Source: a virus
Lineage: Duplodnaviria; Caudoviricetes
Virus record (IMG/VR): IMGVR_UViG_3300020577_013187
Span: 1 to 64,000 of that record
Length of the DNA: 64,000 nucleotides
Strand: one strand, 5' to 3'
A model generated the notes under the pieces. It did no database searches, was not told where the DNA came from, and saw only the letters and a list, made by a program, of their open reading frames with translations. The number at the start of each line of letters is the position of its first letter. Position 1 is the stretch's first letter. This document shows, in pieces, positions 38,195-47,156 of the stretch. The translations under genes were made by a program, and so were the position numbers.

Positions 38195-39457
38195 TTAATC
38201 TTTTTTAGAATCTTCTTTTTTCTTCTTTTTCTTAGACTCTAAAGATTCACTTTGCATTGAAGCTCCACCAGTTAATTGACTAGGAGCTTGATTATAATTT
38301 CCAGCCTCTAAGGCCTTTTTAACACTTAAACATTCATCAATCTCATCATAGATGCTCATGACATTGTCATAAATTAGATGAATAGCTACAGTTTCAAAAA
38401 AGTTTTGAATCTTTTCTAAGTTAACTCTTATTTGCTCTTCGTTATTTGCTTCTAATGAAATCTTTAAAGCATGGCCTAGTTGAGCTAGATAGAGATAGTT
38501 TGAGTCATCATTATAGACTCTTATGATAAAATCAACCACTCTATAACCAACTGACTTCATACTAGAATATGATTTTAAAATCTTTTCACAGTTATTTAGA
38601 GTTAAAAGACTTCTTTTCCCTAATGCCCTAGCTTCATTTGCATTTAAAGGAATGGACTCACCCCATGATTTAGCTATTTTAGCATAAGCTGTAGGGGTAC
38701 CATCTGAATTAAATAACACAGGAATATGATCTCTATTAAAATATTTTACTAAAACTTTTGCTTTTCTTAAAATAGGCTTTAAGCTATTAATTTTATTTGC
38801 TTCTTCTTCTCTAGATTTTTTATAAGAGGAAGTAAGACTCAATGAAGCAGAAAAGTTTTTAGCTTGCTTAGACAGATCAAGAGCTTTTTGAACAGATTGA
38901 TTGACAATATTCATCACCTGATCTTTTGTATAAGAATCTTGTTTCAATACTTCATTCTCAGCTGTTAAAGATTTTACTAGTTCAGCATAAGTATGGGGAT
39001 TGACTGGATCTACTGTTACAGCTACTTTTTCAACTCTAGCTCCAACAATTTCTCTTCCATTAACACCACATCTTTTTAAGACTTTTCCTTCAATGCTAAA
39101 ACCCACTCTTCTTTTATCTTCGTTCTTTAATGAAGTTAAAATATTGTAAATTCCCTTAGCCTTATCAGTATTTTTAAACAGATATCCTTCGACAAAAAGA
39201 CCATCTTCATTGATTGAAGCATTATCAATTTTACCAATAATGTTTTCTGGTCCTGGTTTATGATCCCAATTAAAGAGACCTCGACCATCAGTCAAAGGCG
39301 TAATATCTAGACTATCCTGACGAATAATTTCTCCCTGTAGATCCATATGATCAGTAGACGCAATACCCTTAATACGCCACTCATCATTCTTTGCTTTTTC
39401 TAAATCTACAGGGACAAAGAAAGAAAAATTCTTTAAATTTTCTACTTGCTCAGTCAT
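38195..39457 (-). CDS. Prohead maturation protease with C-terminal extension
   Basis: IKGIASTDHMDLQGEII, FNWDH, GFSIEG, AVTVDPVNPHT. Confidence 0.9.
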   Translation of the reverse strand: MTEQVENLKNFSFFVPVDLEKAKNDEWRIKGIASTDHMDLQGEIIRQDSLDITPLTDGRGLFNWDHKPGPENIIGKIDNASINEDGLFVEGYLFKNTDKAKGIYNILTSLKNEDKRRVGFSIEGKVLKRCGVNGREIVGARVEKVAVTVDPVNPHTYAELVKSLTAENEVLKQDSYTKDQVMNIVNQSVQKALDLSKQAKNFSASLSLTSSYKKSREEEANKINSLKPILRKAKVLVKYFNRDHIPVLFNSDGTPTAYAKIAKSWGESIPLNANEARALGKRSLLTLNNCEKILKSYSSMKSVGYRVVDFIIRVYNDDSNYLYLAQLGHALKISLEANNEEQIRVNLEKIQNFFETVAIHLIYDNVMSIYDEIDECLSVKKALEAGNYNQAPSQLTGGASMQSESLESKKKKKKEDSKKD

Positions 39458-39540
39458 GTTAAAATCCTCTTGAATGTCATTTTAACACAAGAATACTATT
39501 TTTTTTATATTTTTTTGATTTGATAAAACTAGGTAAATAA

Positions 39541-39566
39541 AAAGCTCCAACTTTTATTGGAGCTTT
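39541..39566 (-). terminator. Intrinsic terminator upstream of the protease gene
   Basis: AAAGCTCCAA/TTGGAGCTTT stem. Confidence 0.75.
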
Positions 39567-39626
39567 CTTGACTACTCTATAACCTAGTGGACAACCAAGG
39601 TAATAGCTAGACTTCGCATCTGACTC

Positions 39627-40100
39627 TTAAAAAAAGTTTTCTTTGATGCCTTTACTTATAAACTTTTTTCTTACTTTACGCAAGGAATTTCTAAAATAAA
39701 GATTTGTCAAACTTAAAGTAGACACTAATAGTTCAGATATTTCTTCTAAAGTATGAGATCCATTAAGGAACAACTTTGAATAAACAAAAAAACAATAATT
39801 ACTATAACTATCTAAAACATGCCAATCACATTTAGGTGCATTAGGCTGTTCATAGATAGCATTTAAAGCTAACTCACAGGGTTTCTCTGGAAAATGAGAC
39901 AATTGCCGAGGACACCTAGAATCTAATTTTAAATGTTTAAAATAATTATTTTTTATTGATTCAATCTTTTTACTTAAATCACCTAATTCTTGGTAAAGAT
40001 CATTAAGCTCTAAATCAAAATAAAATATATTAGTATCTAAATTTTCTATTGTAGAAACTTCTTTTAACATAGTAATATTAGGACTTATAAATTTTTTCAA
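39627..40100 (-). CDS. Cys-motif protein with sigma70 region 4-like HTH
   Basis: CDWHV...NYCFFVY then HTLEEISELL...RNSLRKVRKKF. Confidence 0.6.
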   Translation of the reverse strand: MKKFISPNITMLKEVSTIENLDTNIFYFDLELNDLYQELGDLSKKIESIKNNYFKHLKLDSRCPRQLSHFPEKPCELALNAIYEQPNAPKCDWHVLDSYSNYCFFVYSKLFLNGSHTLEEISELLVSTLSLTNLYFRNSLRKVRKKFISKGIKENFF

Positions 40101-40401
40101 CTAAAGTCCCAGCAGCTTCATTTAACTTTTTATTAAGATCAGCTTTTAGGCCATCTTTTACTAAATCAAAAGATTGAAATGCCTGATCGATCTTATCACA
40201 AAATTGTTTATAGGCAATATTCAAAGAAGTTAGAATTTGATTTTTATAGTTTTCTTTATCGACTAGAGCAATAGGACTATTAGGATCTGGATTCTTTTGG
40301 GGTTCTAGTTGAGGACTAGGTATTGAGTTTTCAGGTACTTGTTGCTCTAACTCAGTTTTTTCTTGTAATGGTTCTTGAACTACTCGAAGTTTTTTTGCCA
40401 T
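40078..40401 (-). CDS. Hypothetical protein
   Basis: 107-aa ORF, Pro/Gln-rich N-terminus. Confidence 0.65.
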   Translation of the reverse strand: MAKKLRVVQEPLQEKTELEQQVPENSIPSPQLEPQKNPDPNSPIALVDKENYKNQILTSLNIAYKQFCDKIDQAFQSFDLVKDGLKADLNKKLNEAAGTLVEKIYKS

Positions 40402-40404
40402 ATC

Positions 40405-41109
40405 TTATCCTTTAAAAAATATACTATTCGTTGCATGAATTAAAAGATACTCTTGTTCGTAAGCATCTTCATTATATCGAATATTATTATAGTATCTTTT
40501 AAGGATGTCAACTATTTTTTTATAAAATAAATGATTATCTTTGCTTTCTTTGTAGAATGCAGGATAAAATAAAATACCAATCTCTTTTATTTTTTTGTAA
40601 CTTTCTTCTGTAAGACATTCAATAATTTCAACTTCGCTTCCTCCAGCATCTATTAAAAGCTTATTAACTTTTAAAGATTGAATCATATCATTAATACAAA
40701 CACAGTTAACAGGTCGATTGTGTCGACGCTTTTTTACATTGAATGAATGAAGACTTTTATCACTCTTAGTATTGATATAAAAATCTCGTGTCTTAGTATT
40801 ATCATTAATAACGGCATAAATATAGATATCTACATTATGGAGAAGATGAAACTCCTTATTCGCACTTAAAACTTCATAATTATCAAGATCTGCTTCAAAA
40901 GAATAAATATGTTCAACTTGAGAACTCGTAGTAACAACAAATCCTCCAATGAACCCACCTATCTCAAGCCACCTGTCATCTGAACTTAAATTAAGTTTTA
41001 GTTTTTTTAATCTACTGAGGATAATAGAAAGAGCTTTTTCATCATGCTCATCTCTAACAAGGAATTCTTGACGCTTTACTTCAGCGATATAAAGCTTTTT
41101 TTTTCTCAT
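40405..41109 (-). CDS. FkbM-family SAM-dependent methyltransferase
   Basis: WLEIGGFIGGF, SFEAD..NY, LLIDAGGSE (variant of KxDxEGxE). Confidence 0.8.
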   Translation of the reverse strand: MRKKKLYIAEVKRQEFLVRDEHDEKALSIILSRLKKLKLNLSSDDRWLEIGGFIGGFVVTTSSQVEHIYSFEADLDNYEVLSANKEFHLLHNVDIYIYAVINDNTKTRDFYINTKSDKSLHSFNVKKRRHNRPVNCVCINDMIQSLKVNKLLIDAGGSEVEIIECLTEESYKKIKEIGILFYPAFYKESKDNHLFYKKIVDILKRYYNNIRYNEDAYEQEYLLIHATNSIFFKG

Positions 41110-41566
41110 GGGTATTCAATTTTCTATTTATTGAATTTAGACTCTCTATGTAAAACTTATCTTCATCAAAAAAACGCTTTACGTAATGATAGCTATGGAT
41201 AGACTCAAACCACCCTATATTACGCATACTGTCTTTAATTTTTAAAAGATATTTTGAAGCACGCCGACCTAAAGAGACTATAATTCGAGGATTAATGTTT
41301 TCTATTTCTGTTTTAAGGGCTTCTAGATGTTCATCTTCTGTAATCATCCATGACTTATAAGCACAAGTAAGGTAAAAATTATCCAACTCTATTTCAGTTC
41401 TCTTTAGGTAATAATTGATAAAGAAATCAATCATTTCTCTTGTTTGTTGATTTTCTTTAGCATTTACGTATTGAGGCCAAATATCATCAACTAAAAATAT
41501 TTGCCCTTCAGTATTTCCATAACCTAAGGATTCAATAGAATTAAGAATTATCTCTACTTTATTCAT
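41081..41566 (-). CDS. Uracil-DNA glycosylase-like fold protein (degenerate)
   Basis: FYLTCAYK, EIENINPRIIVSLGRRASKYLL, IHSYHY. Confidence 0.7.
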   Translation of the reverse strand: MNKVEIILNSIESLGYGNTEGQIFLVDDIWPQYVNAKENQQTREMIDFFINYYLKRTEIELDNFYLTCAYKSWMITEDEHLEALKTEIENINPRIIVSLGRRASKYLLKIKDSMRNIGWFESIHSYHYVKRFFDEDKFYIESLNSINRKLNTHEKKKALYR

Positions 41567-42146
41567 TGCTTTGCATTTCGTTATAGACCCATTGAAAATA
41601 AAATTTATCTCTGTCTGACTGCTTCAAAACTAATTCTATGGTGTTTTTTACTATTTCTAGACCATCTACTACCCATGTAATAGAAGAAGATTGATTGGCA
41701 AAAATTGACAAACTAGAAATAGTTTTATTAATATTAATTAAAGATTCTTCCCAATTTGGTTGAAAATAAAAGTTACCAATAATCTTTTCTAAAGAGTATC
41801 CAAATATCTCTTCTAAAGTTTTTTGTCTAAATTCTGATAGGATAATATTTATCCCATTTTCTGCATTAGTGCTATAAAAGCTTCCAATATTAAAAGGATG
41901 TTCTGTAAATAAACTATCTCTTTTAACAACAAAAATCTTTCTATCTGAAATTCCCGCTACATTTAAATTCAATCTTAAAGCACAATCAAAAATTTGTTCT
42001 TCAATTTCAATAGCCTGTTGTTCTGGACTAATAAGTTCATTTGCCTTAACTTGTTGATACAAACTAGTAACAAAAGCTTTATATTGATCTTCTAGCTCTA
42101 ATTCTTTTTTTAGATTTTCACATTTTAGAAGGGTAATATTTAACAT
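41559..42146 (-). CDS. Hypothetical protein
   Basis: 195-aa ORF with AGGAG-like RBS. Confidence 0.7.
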   Translation of the reverse strand: MLNITLLKCENLKKELELEDQYKAFVTSLYQQVKANELISPEQQAIEIEEQIFDCALRLNLNVAGISDRKIFVVKRDSLFTEHPFNIGSFYSTNAENGINIILSEFRQKTLEEIFGYSLEKIIGNFYFQPNWEESLININKTISSLSIFANQSSSITWVVDGLEIVKNTIELVLKQSDRDKFYFQWVYNEMQSNE

Positions 42147-42501
42147 CCTTTTTTCTCCTTTTCTATATTTTAAAACGTTTTATAAAAAAACAATAACTAT
42201 TTTAAAATATAAAGTAAAGGAAAAAAATACTCCACTATTATAGTTGTCAATAAAAAATTAAACAAAATGTTAAAAAAATAAGTATTATTAATCAGATACA
42301 ATAATATGATTTTTTAAAATTTTTAAAATAACTTATTTAATTTTAAAAGTCAAACGAAAACACGGTGAAAAACACTCAGTATATCCTAAGCAAATTGCTT
42401 TAACTATTTAGCACTCAGATATTTTCAATTTACCTATCATAAATAGTATTTATATTTTTCTAATATATCTAATCTTCCATTAATAGAGTAGTATTTTTTT
42501 A

Positions 42502-42530
42502 TTGATTTATTTTTAAGTATGGTGTATATA
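42502..42530 (+). promoter_or_regulatory. sigma70-type promoter for the RHH gene (leaderless)
   Basis: TTGATT-17 nt-TATATA with GTG before the -10; ATG 8 nt downstream. Confidence 0.6.
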
Positions 42531-42537
42531 TAAAAGT

Positions 42538-42756
42538 ATGACTATTTACGAAATTAAATTAAATAAGAGAAAGAATAAGCCACATACTAGACCAAATAGA
42601 AAGCCTGTTCTACCAGGTGGTCATCATCGAGTCGATATTTATTTAGATGAAAATTGTGTAAAGATAGCTAAAGAATTAGGGGAAGGTAATATGAGCGCTG
42701 GGGTAAGGCGTGCTATTTATTTAGCACAAATAGAGCTAAAAACTACTGTTGCATAA
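42538..42756 (+). CDS. Ribbon-helix-helix-like transcription regulator
   Basis: RVDIYLDENCVKIAKELGEGNMSAGVRRAI; only credible plus-strand protein gene in 2.8-64 kb. Confidence 0.7.
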   Translation: MTIYEIKLNKRKNKPHTRPNRKPVLPGGHHRVDIYLDENCVKIAKELGEGNMSAGVRRAIYLAQIELKTTVA

Positions 42757-43132
42757 AGGTAAGATAAGCAGCTTCACAGCGTTGCCTTGCTGTAGCGTGA
42801 GAGGCTAAAGAAGCTAAAGTATTGTTTCCTAGTTCTATTTCACAAGCCTCTTTTATAAGCTTTATAAGATTATCATAAAATAGAAAGTTTGCTCTTTTTT
42901 GAAAAATCCTCTTCTCCATCAAATACGCATGATTAAGATCTTCGGCAGGATTAAAAAAGTTACCAGAACTTTCTGGATCGTAACCAAAGTTAACACGTTC
43001 TAAAGAATATGGATCCATACCAGGACATGAAATAACCCAATTATTAAATTGTATGTCTTTTTGCCACCTCATCACATTGATGGCAATCCACTCATTCAGT
43101 TCTTGATCTGTCATTTCTAAAACTGGTTTCAT
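42743..43132 (-). CDS. Phage ABA-sandwich domain protein
   Basis: ELNEWIAINVMRW...FNPAEDLNHAY...TARQRCEAAY. Confidence 0.65.
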   Translation of the reverse strand: MKPVLEMTDQELNEWIAINVMRWQKDIQFNNWVISCPGMDPYSLERVNFGYDPESSGNFFNPAEDLNHAYLMEKRIFQKRANFLFYDNLIKLIKEACEIELGNNTLASLASHATARQRCEAAYLTFMQQ

Positions 43133-43482
43133 TCTTTCAATCTCCTTTTCTTCTGCTCTTCAATTAGCTTTTGTTGCTCACGGTAGGCTTGGATGAGGAG
43201 AGGGAGAGCATTGCGGGATTGATTAATAAAAGCAGCATCTACTTGGGTCAAATACTCCCCATTGCCTAAATAGATTTCTGGATCAAAGACCTCACTTCCA
43301 TCAGCATAGGATTTGTCTTCTATAAGCTCAATATCCCACGGTCCAGGTGTTGCCTTCTTCTCTGTGTCTTCCCACTCTTTAAGCTGTTCTTCAGTGATCA
43401 TTTTTATTCTCCAAATCTCGTTTTCCGCTTCCGCCACATTCTTTGCAAGCGGTGTATTCAATAAAGAAAAGCGGTAAACCAT
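43129..43482 (-). CDS. Ead/Ea22-like protein
   Basis: KATPGPW...DAAFINQSRNALPLLI. Confidence 0.65.
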   Translation of the reverse strand: MVYRFSLLNTPLAKNVAEAENEIWRIKMITEEQLKEWEDTEKKATPGPWDIELIEDKSYADGSEVFDPEIYLGNGEYLTQVDAAFINQSRNALPLLIQAYREQQKLIEEQKKRRLKE

Positions 43483-43542
43483 CTCTGAATCATTTTAGTC
43501 ATAAAAATATCTTATTTGAGGATTTTAAGCCCTAAACATGGA

Positions 43543-44706
43543 CTAACCTTTTACGCATAGAATTTGCTTTAATTCAACAACTATTTCAACTAAATCATTC
43601 TGATTCTTCATTACTTGATCAATGTCTTTATAAGCTCCTGGAATTTCATCTAAAACATCCAAATCCTTTCTACACTCAACACCTAGAGTTTGATTTTCTA
43701 AGTCAAGTAATGAAAAATGTTTTTTAGCTTTGCTCCTACTCATTCTTCGACCTGCCCCATGAGAAGCACTATTAAAAGATTCAGGATTTTCCAAACCTTT
43801 TACAATATAGGATTTCGTTCCCATTGACCCAGGAATAATTCCAAACTCACCTTTTTTAGCACTAATAGCTCCTTTACGAGTAACTATTACATCTTCACCA
43901 AAATGAGTTTCCTCAGAAACATAATTATGATGGCAAGTAATCATAAAAGAAGTGGTAAGCTGAGGAAAGAATTGCTTTAAAGTTTTTATATAGAGCTCAA
44001 GCATAACTTCTCTATTTAAAAAAGCATACCTTTGAGCCCAAAAAAGATCTTTTTTATATTCAAACATTTCATAAGTTTTGGCTAAAAAAACAGCTAAATC
44101 AGGGTCAGGAAGATCTTTATTATAAATTAAATTTTTAGCTCTATTAATATGAAATTCGGCCAATGTTTTACCTATATGTCTTGATCCTGAATGTAACATT
44201 AGCCATATGATATTATTAGCATCTAGACAAAGTTCAATAAAATGATTCCCATTACCTAATGTGCCAACTTGTTTTAAAGCTTTTTCTAATAATAGCTGTA
44301 CAGGAGCATTGAGCTCTTTAAATTCACTAAATAGATCAGCTACGCCTTTAGACTGAACCATTTTCTCATGTTGATTAAAGCCAACTGGAATATTCTTTTC
44401 AATTTCACTTCTTATTGTTTTGAGATTATCAGGTAGATCTTTAGCATTTAAATTCGTTTTAATAGCTGTCATTCCACAGCCTATATCTACCCCCACAGCT
44501 GCAGGAGAAACAGCTTGTTTCATAGCTATAACTGATCCTACAGTAGCCCCTTTGCCATAATGAACATCAGGCATAACAGCTACATGATGAAAAACCCAAG
44601 GCAATGATGATATATTCTTAAGTTGATTAAGGGCTTCAGACTCTACTTCATTAATATCTGTCCAAAGTTTAATGGGAATTCCATCATATTCTATTTTAGA
44701 GATCAT
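43543..44706 (-). CDS. rtcB: RtcB-family RNA ligase
   Basis: MPDVHYG, VGVDIGCG, GTLGNGNHFIE, LHSGSR, CHHN, PGSMG, SHGAGR, DEIPGAYKDI. Confidence 0.97.
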   Translation of the reverse strand: MISKIEYDGIPIKLWTDINEVESEALNQLKNISSLPWVFHHVAVMPDVHYGKGATVGSVIAMKQAVSPAAVGVDIGCGMTAIKTNLNAKDLPDNLKTIRSEIEKNIPVGFNQHEKMVQSKGVADLFSEFKELNAPVQLLLEKALKQVGTLGNGNHFIELCLDANNIIWLMLHSGSRHIGKTLAEFHINRAKNLIYNKDLPDPDLAVFLAKTYEMFEYKKDLFWAQRYAFLNREVMLELYIKTLKQFFPQLTTSFMITCHHNYVSEETHFGEDVIVTRKGAISAKKGEFGIIPGSMGTKSYIVKGLENPESFNSASHGAGRRMSRSKAKKHFSLLDLENQTLGVECRKDLDVLDEIPGAYKDIDQVMKNQNDLVEIVVELKQILCVKG

Positions 44707-44724
44707 AAATGCCTTTATTCTATT

Positions 44725-44907
44725 TTACTTTTTATCCATAACAACTTCTACACCAACCAAACTAGTAGCATCATAGGTGTTTTCTCCATAGCCACCCATT
44801 GTTAAAACTCTTTCTAAAGCTTCAAGGTCATTGTCAATTGTAAAAAAGTCAGCTTCAACATAGCCAGAATCATACTTTCTTGATCTTTTTAAGATAAATC
44901 GTATCAT
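44725..44907 (-). CDS. Hypothetical protein
   Basis: GGAGG RBS, ATGA overlap. Confidence 0.65.
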   Translation of the reverse strand: MIRFILKRSRKYDSGYVEADFFTIDNDLEALERVLTMGGYGENTYDATSLVGVEVVMDKK

Positions 44908-45074
44908 TCCTCCTCCTTATTAATTTCTAAATCTTGATGCCCACTACCACCGCATTCATCACAAGCGGTGAAGAAACTATCTGAAGAATCAAAATTAAAT
45001 CTATAAGAAAATTTATATAGATCTTTGCCACTACCGCAGCAATTTTCACATAGTAGATCTTTTTTAGTTTTCAC
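44904..45074 (-). CDS. Small DnaJ-type zinc-finger protein (probable GTG start at 45074)
   Basis: CENCCGSG and CDECGGSG; GTGA overlap with upstream stop. Confidence 0.6.
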   Translation of the reverse strand: MKTKKDLLCENCCGSGKDLYKFSYRFNFDSSDSFFTACDECGGSGHQDLEINKEEE

Positions 45075-45493
45075 TCCTTCACCTCCACCAAATACTGAAT
45101 CGGATCGCCGTTCCTGTCGAGGGCTGGCCATTGAATTTGACCACGATCTCGGATATAATATGTTTCAGCATCCTCTTTCGATTCAAAAAGGCCGTCTGGA
45201 ACGTAAACAATTTCACTATGAATTTTTATAGCAGGACTCATCACCTTGTACTTCTTGCCATCTTTAAGGATGATGTTTGGGGGAAGAGGATCTTCGTAAA
45301 GAGACCAAAACTCACCTGACCCATCTACATTAAAAACATAGGTCTCATCTCCATTTTCTTTATGCGTACCAAACATAAAGGCATAGCCAACATATCTTAC
45401 CAAAAACCACTCATCTTTATCCCAGTTGCTTAAGCGTATCTTAGAACCAGCTAAGCTCTGATCCCAAGGCTTAATTTTTATTTTATTACTCAT
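45071..45493 (-). CDS. Hypothetical protein (paralogue of 45486-45716)
   Basis: MSNKIKIKPWDQSLAGSKIRLSNW; start trimmed from track. Confidence 0.7.
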   Translation of the reverse strand: MSNKIKIKPWDQSLAGSKIRLSNWDKDEWFLVRYVGYAFMFGTHKENGDETYVFNVDGSGEFWSLYEDPLPPNIILKDGKKYKVMSPAIKIHSEIVYVPDGLFESKEDAETYYIRDRGQIQWPALDRNGDPIQYLVEVKE

Positions 45494-45716
45494 AAATCTC
45501 CCAATATCCACTCCATTCACGTGGATTAATATAAGTACTATCCTCAATTAATTTAATTTCACCTGTCACATCTCTTGTCCTAACTTCTTGTAAAAAAAGC
45601 TTTGTTTCTCCAACAAAAGCAACTTTAGCAAAATAACCATCGGGCCAACGACTAAGACGTACCTTTTTACCAACAAGTGATTGATCATTCGGTTTAATTA
45701 TAATTTTTTTAGACAT
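45486..45716 (-). CDS. Hypothetical protein (paralogue of 45071-45493)
   Basis: MSKKIIIKPNDQSLVGKKVRLSRW; GAGGA RBS. Confidence 0.7.
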   Translation of the reverse strand: MSKKIIIKPNDQSLVGKKVRLSRWPDGYFAKVAFVGETKLFLQEVRTRDVTGEIKLIEDSTYINPREWSGYWEIYE

Positions 45717-45764
45717 TTGTATCCTCAACTTGCCATAGTTAAAATAATTTTAATCTATGCTCAT

Positions 45765-46100
45765 TTATTCGCTATATTTTTTTCTATATTCTAAAGCTTT
45801 AGTATTAGACCACTCATGGTCACTAATAAATTTGCTCGACATTATGACATCATCAGCATCTTCAAGTCTACTCAAAAGATATTTTATTGAACTTAAAAAA
45901 TCAAAAGTAAAAAGAGTGTACGAATAAGATGGTCCTTTAAATGATTTAAAAGAAAGATCATCAAACTCACCAATAAATTTTATTTCTAATTCAGAGTTTT
46001 CATTTTTTTCATGATTGAGTTGGACATTGATAAGACCACTATGACCTGAAGATTCAATTTCTTTTATGGATTTTTTTATTTGATTTAATTGTATTTTCAT
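45765..46100 (-). CDS. Hypothetical protein
   Basis: 111-aa ORF directly after the promoter at 46111-46138. Confidence 0.7.
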   Translation of the reverse strand: MKIQLNQIKKSIKEIESSGHSGLINVQLNHEKNENSELEIKFIGEFDDLSFKSFKGPSYSYTLFTFDFLSSIKYLLSRLEDADDVIMSSKFISDHEWSNTKALEYRKKYSE

Positions 46101-46110
46101 ATTTTCTGTT

Positions 46111-46138
46111 TTTATACACTACTTTATTTTATAGTCAA
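46111..46138 (-). promoter_or_regulatory. Phage early-type promoter
   Basis: TTGACT-16 nt ending AGTAGTG-TATAAA. Confidence 0.7.
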
Positions 46139-46881
46139 GTTTTATTGAACCACTTATTTAAAATCTCTACTGAAAGATTGTTAATTTTGTCATAATCTAC
46201 TTGTAGAGGTAAAGATGATTTATTATAGGCAATCTCAGCTATAGTAAATAATGCAAGAGCTTCTTTTTTTACTTGATTAAGGGTTAAACTACCCTTTTTT
46301 ATAGCTAAAAGATCTAAGACATCTTTGGTTCGAAAAACCTCTAATTGCCCTTCTCTTAAAAATTCAATAGCCATTCTCATTAATCTAATAAGATGAGCTG
46401 CATTTTTAGTATCATAGCCAAATTTTTCAACTAACTTTTTTCTCTTGTCTCCCATATAGCCTTTAAAAGCTAAATGGTTCATCTTATAAAATTGACTTTT
46501 GGCATACCCAATAAAACTATGATAGACATGTTTTCCAACAAATAAGCTTCTATTTTCTAAAAGGATTTTTGCCTCATCAGATAGATAAAGATAATGCTCG
46601 GGCCTAAGCCAGAGCATTGATAAAACATTGGGATTACCTTTTGCTAAAAGACTTATGAATTTTTTAAACTCATAAACTACTATATCCAACTCCCCTTTTT
46701 TAATTTCTTGGGTTCCTCTAGAGCCAAATTCTTTTAAACCATAATAGTACTCTTGACCTGGAATAACAATATTCATCAAGTCTTTATCATCAATAGAATT
46801 TGGATCTGAATTGGGAACATACATATTGTGGGCAATAGAACCACGATATCCAATTAAAAAACTAGTTAAATTAATATTCAT
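46135..46881 (-). CDS. Pol-beta superfamily nucleotidyltransferase (PF10127/RlaP-like)
   Basis: GYRGSIAHN...DDKD, YEFKKFISLLAKGNPNVLSMLW, KNAAHLIRL. Confidence 0.85.
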   Translation of the reverse strand: MNINLTSFLIGYRGSIAHNMYVPNSDPNSIDDKDLMNIVIPGQEYYYGLKEFGSRGTQEIKKGELDIVVYEFKKFISLLAKGNPNVLSMLWLRPEHYLYLSDEAKILLENRSLFVGKHVYHSFIGYAKSQFYKMNHLAFKGYMGDKRKKLVEKFGYDTKNAAHLIRLMRMAIEFLREGQLEVFRTKDVLDLLAIKKGSLTLNQVKKEALALFTIAEIAYNKSSLPLQVDYDKINNLSVEILNKWFNKT

Positions 46882-46892
46882 ATTTTTACTAT

Positions 46893-47153
46893 TTACTCTA
46901 AATCATATTTAAGGCCGAGTGCATTCTCTATTTCATCAATCATAAATTCAGTACTATCGTTTATTTTCCAAAAATCTTTCATTTGGTCAGGAGTATATCC
47001 TTTAATATTATCATTTAAAGGGCCACCTACACAAACAATACTAAGATTAATAGATTGGCACTCAATTAAAATTTTTTCTAAACACTTTTTTAAAAGATAA
47101 TTCTCAGTGAATAAGTCTGCTAAATCTTCTTTTGATAATAATCTATCTTCCAT
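46893..47153 (-). CDS. Hypothetical protein
   Basis: 86-aa ORF in packed operon. Confidence 0.6.
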   Translation of the reverse strand: MEDRLLSKEDLADLFTENYLLKKCLEKILIECQSINLSIVCVGGPLNDNIKGYTPDQMKDFWKINDSTEFMIDEIENALGLKYDLE

Positions 47154-47156
47154 GTG

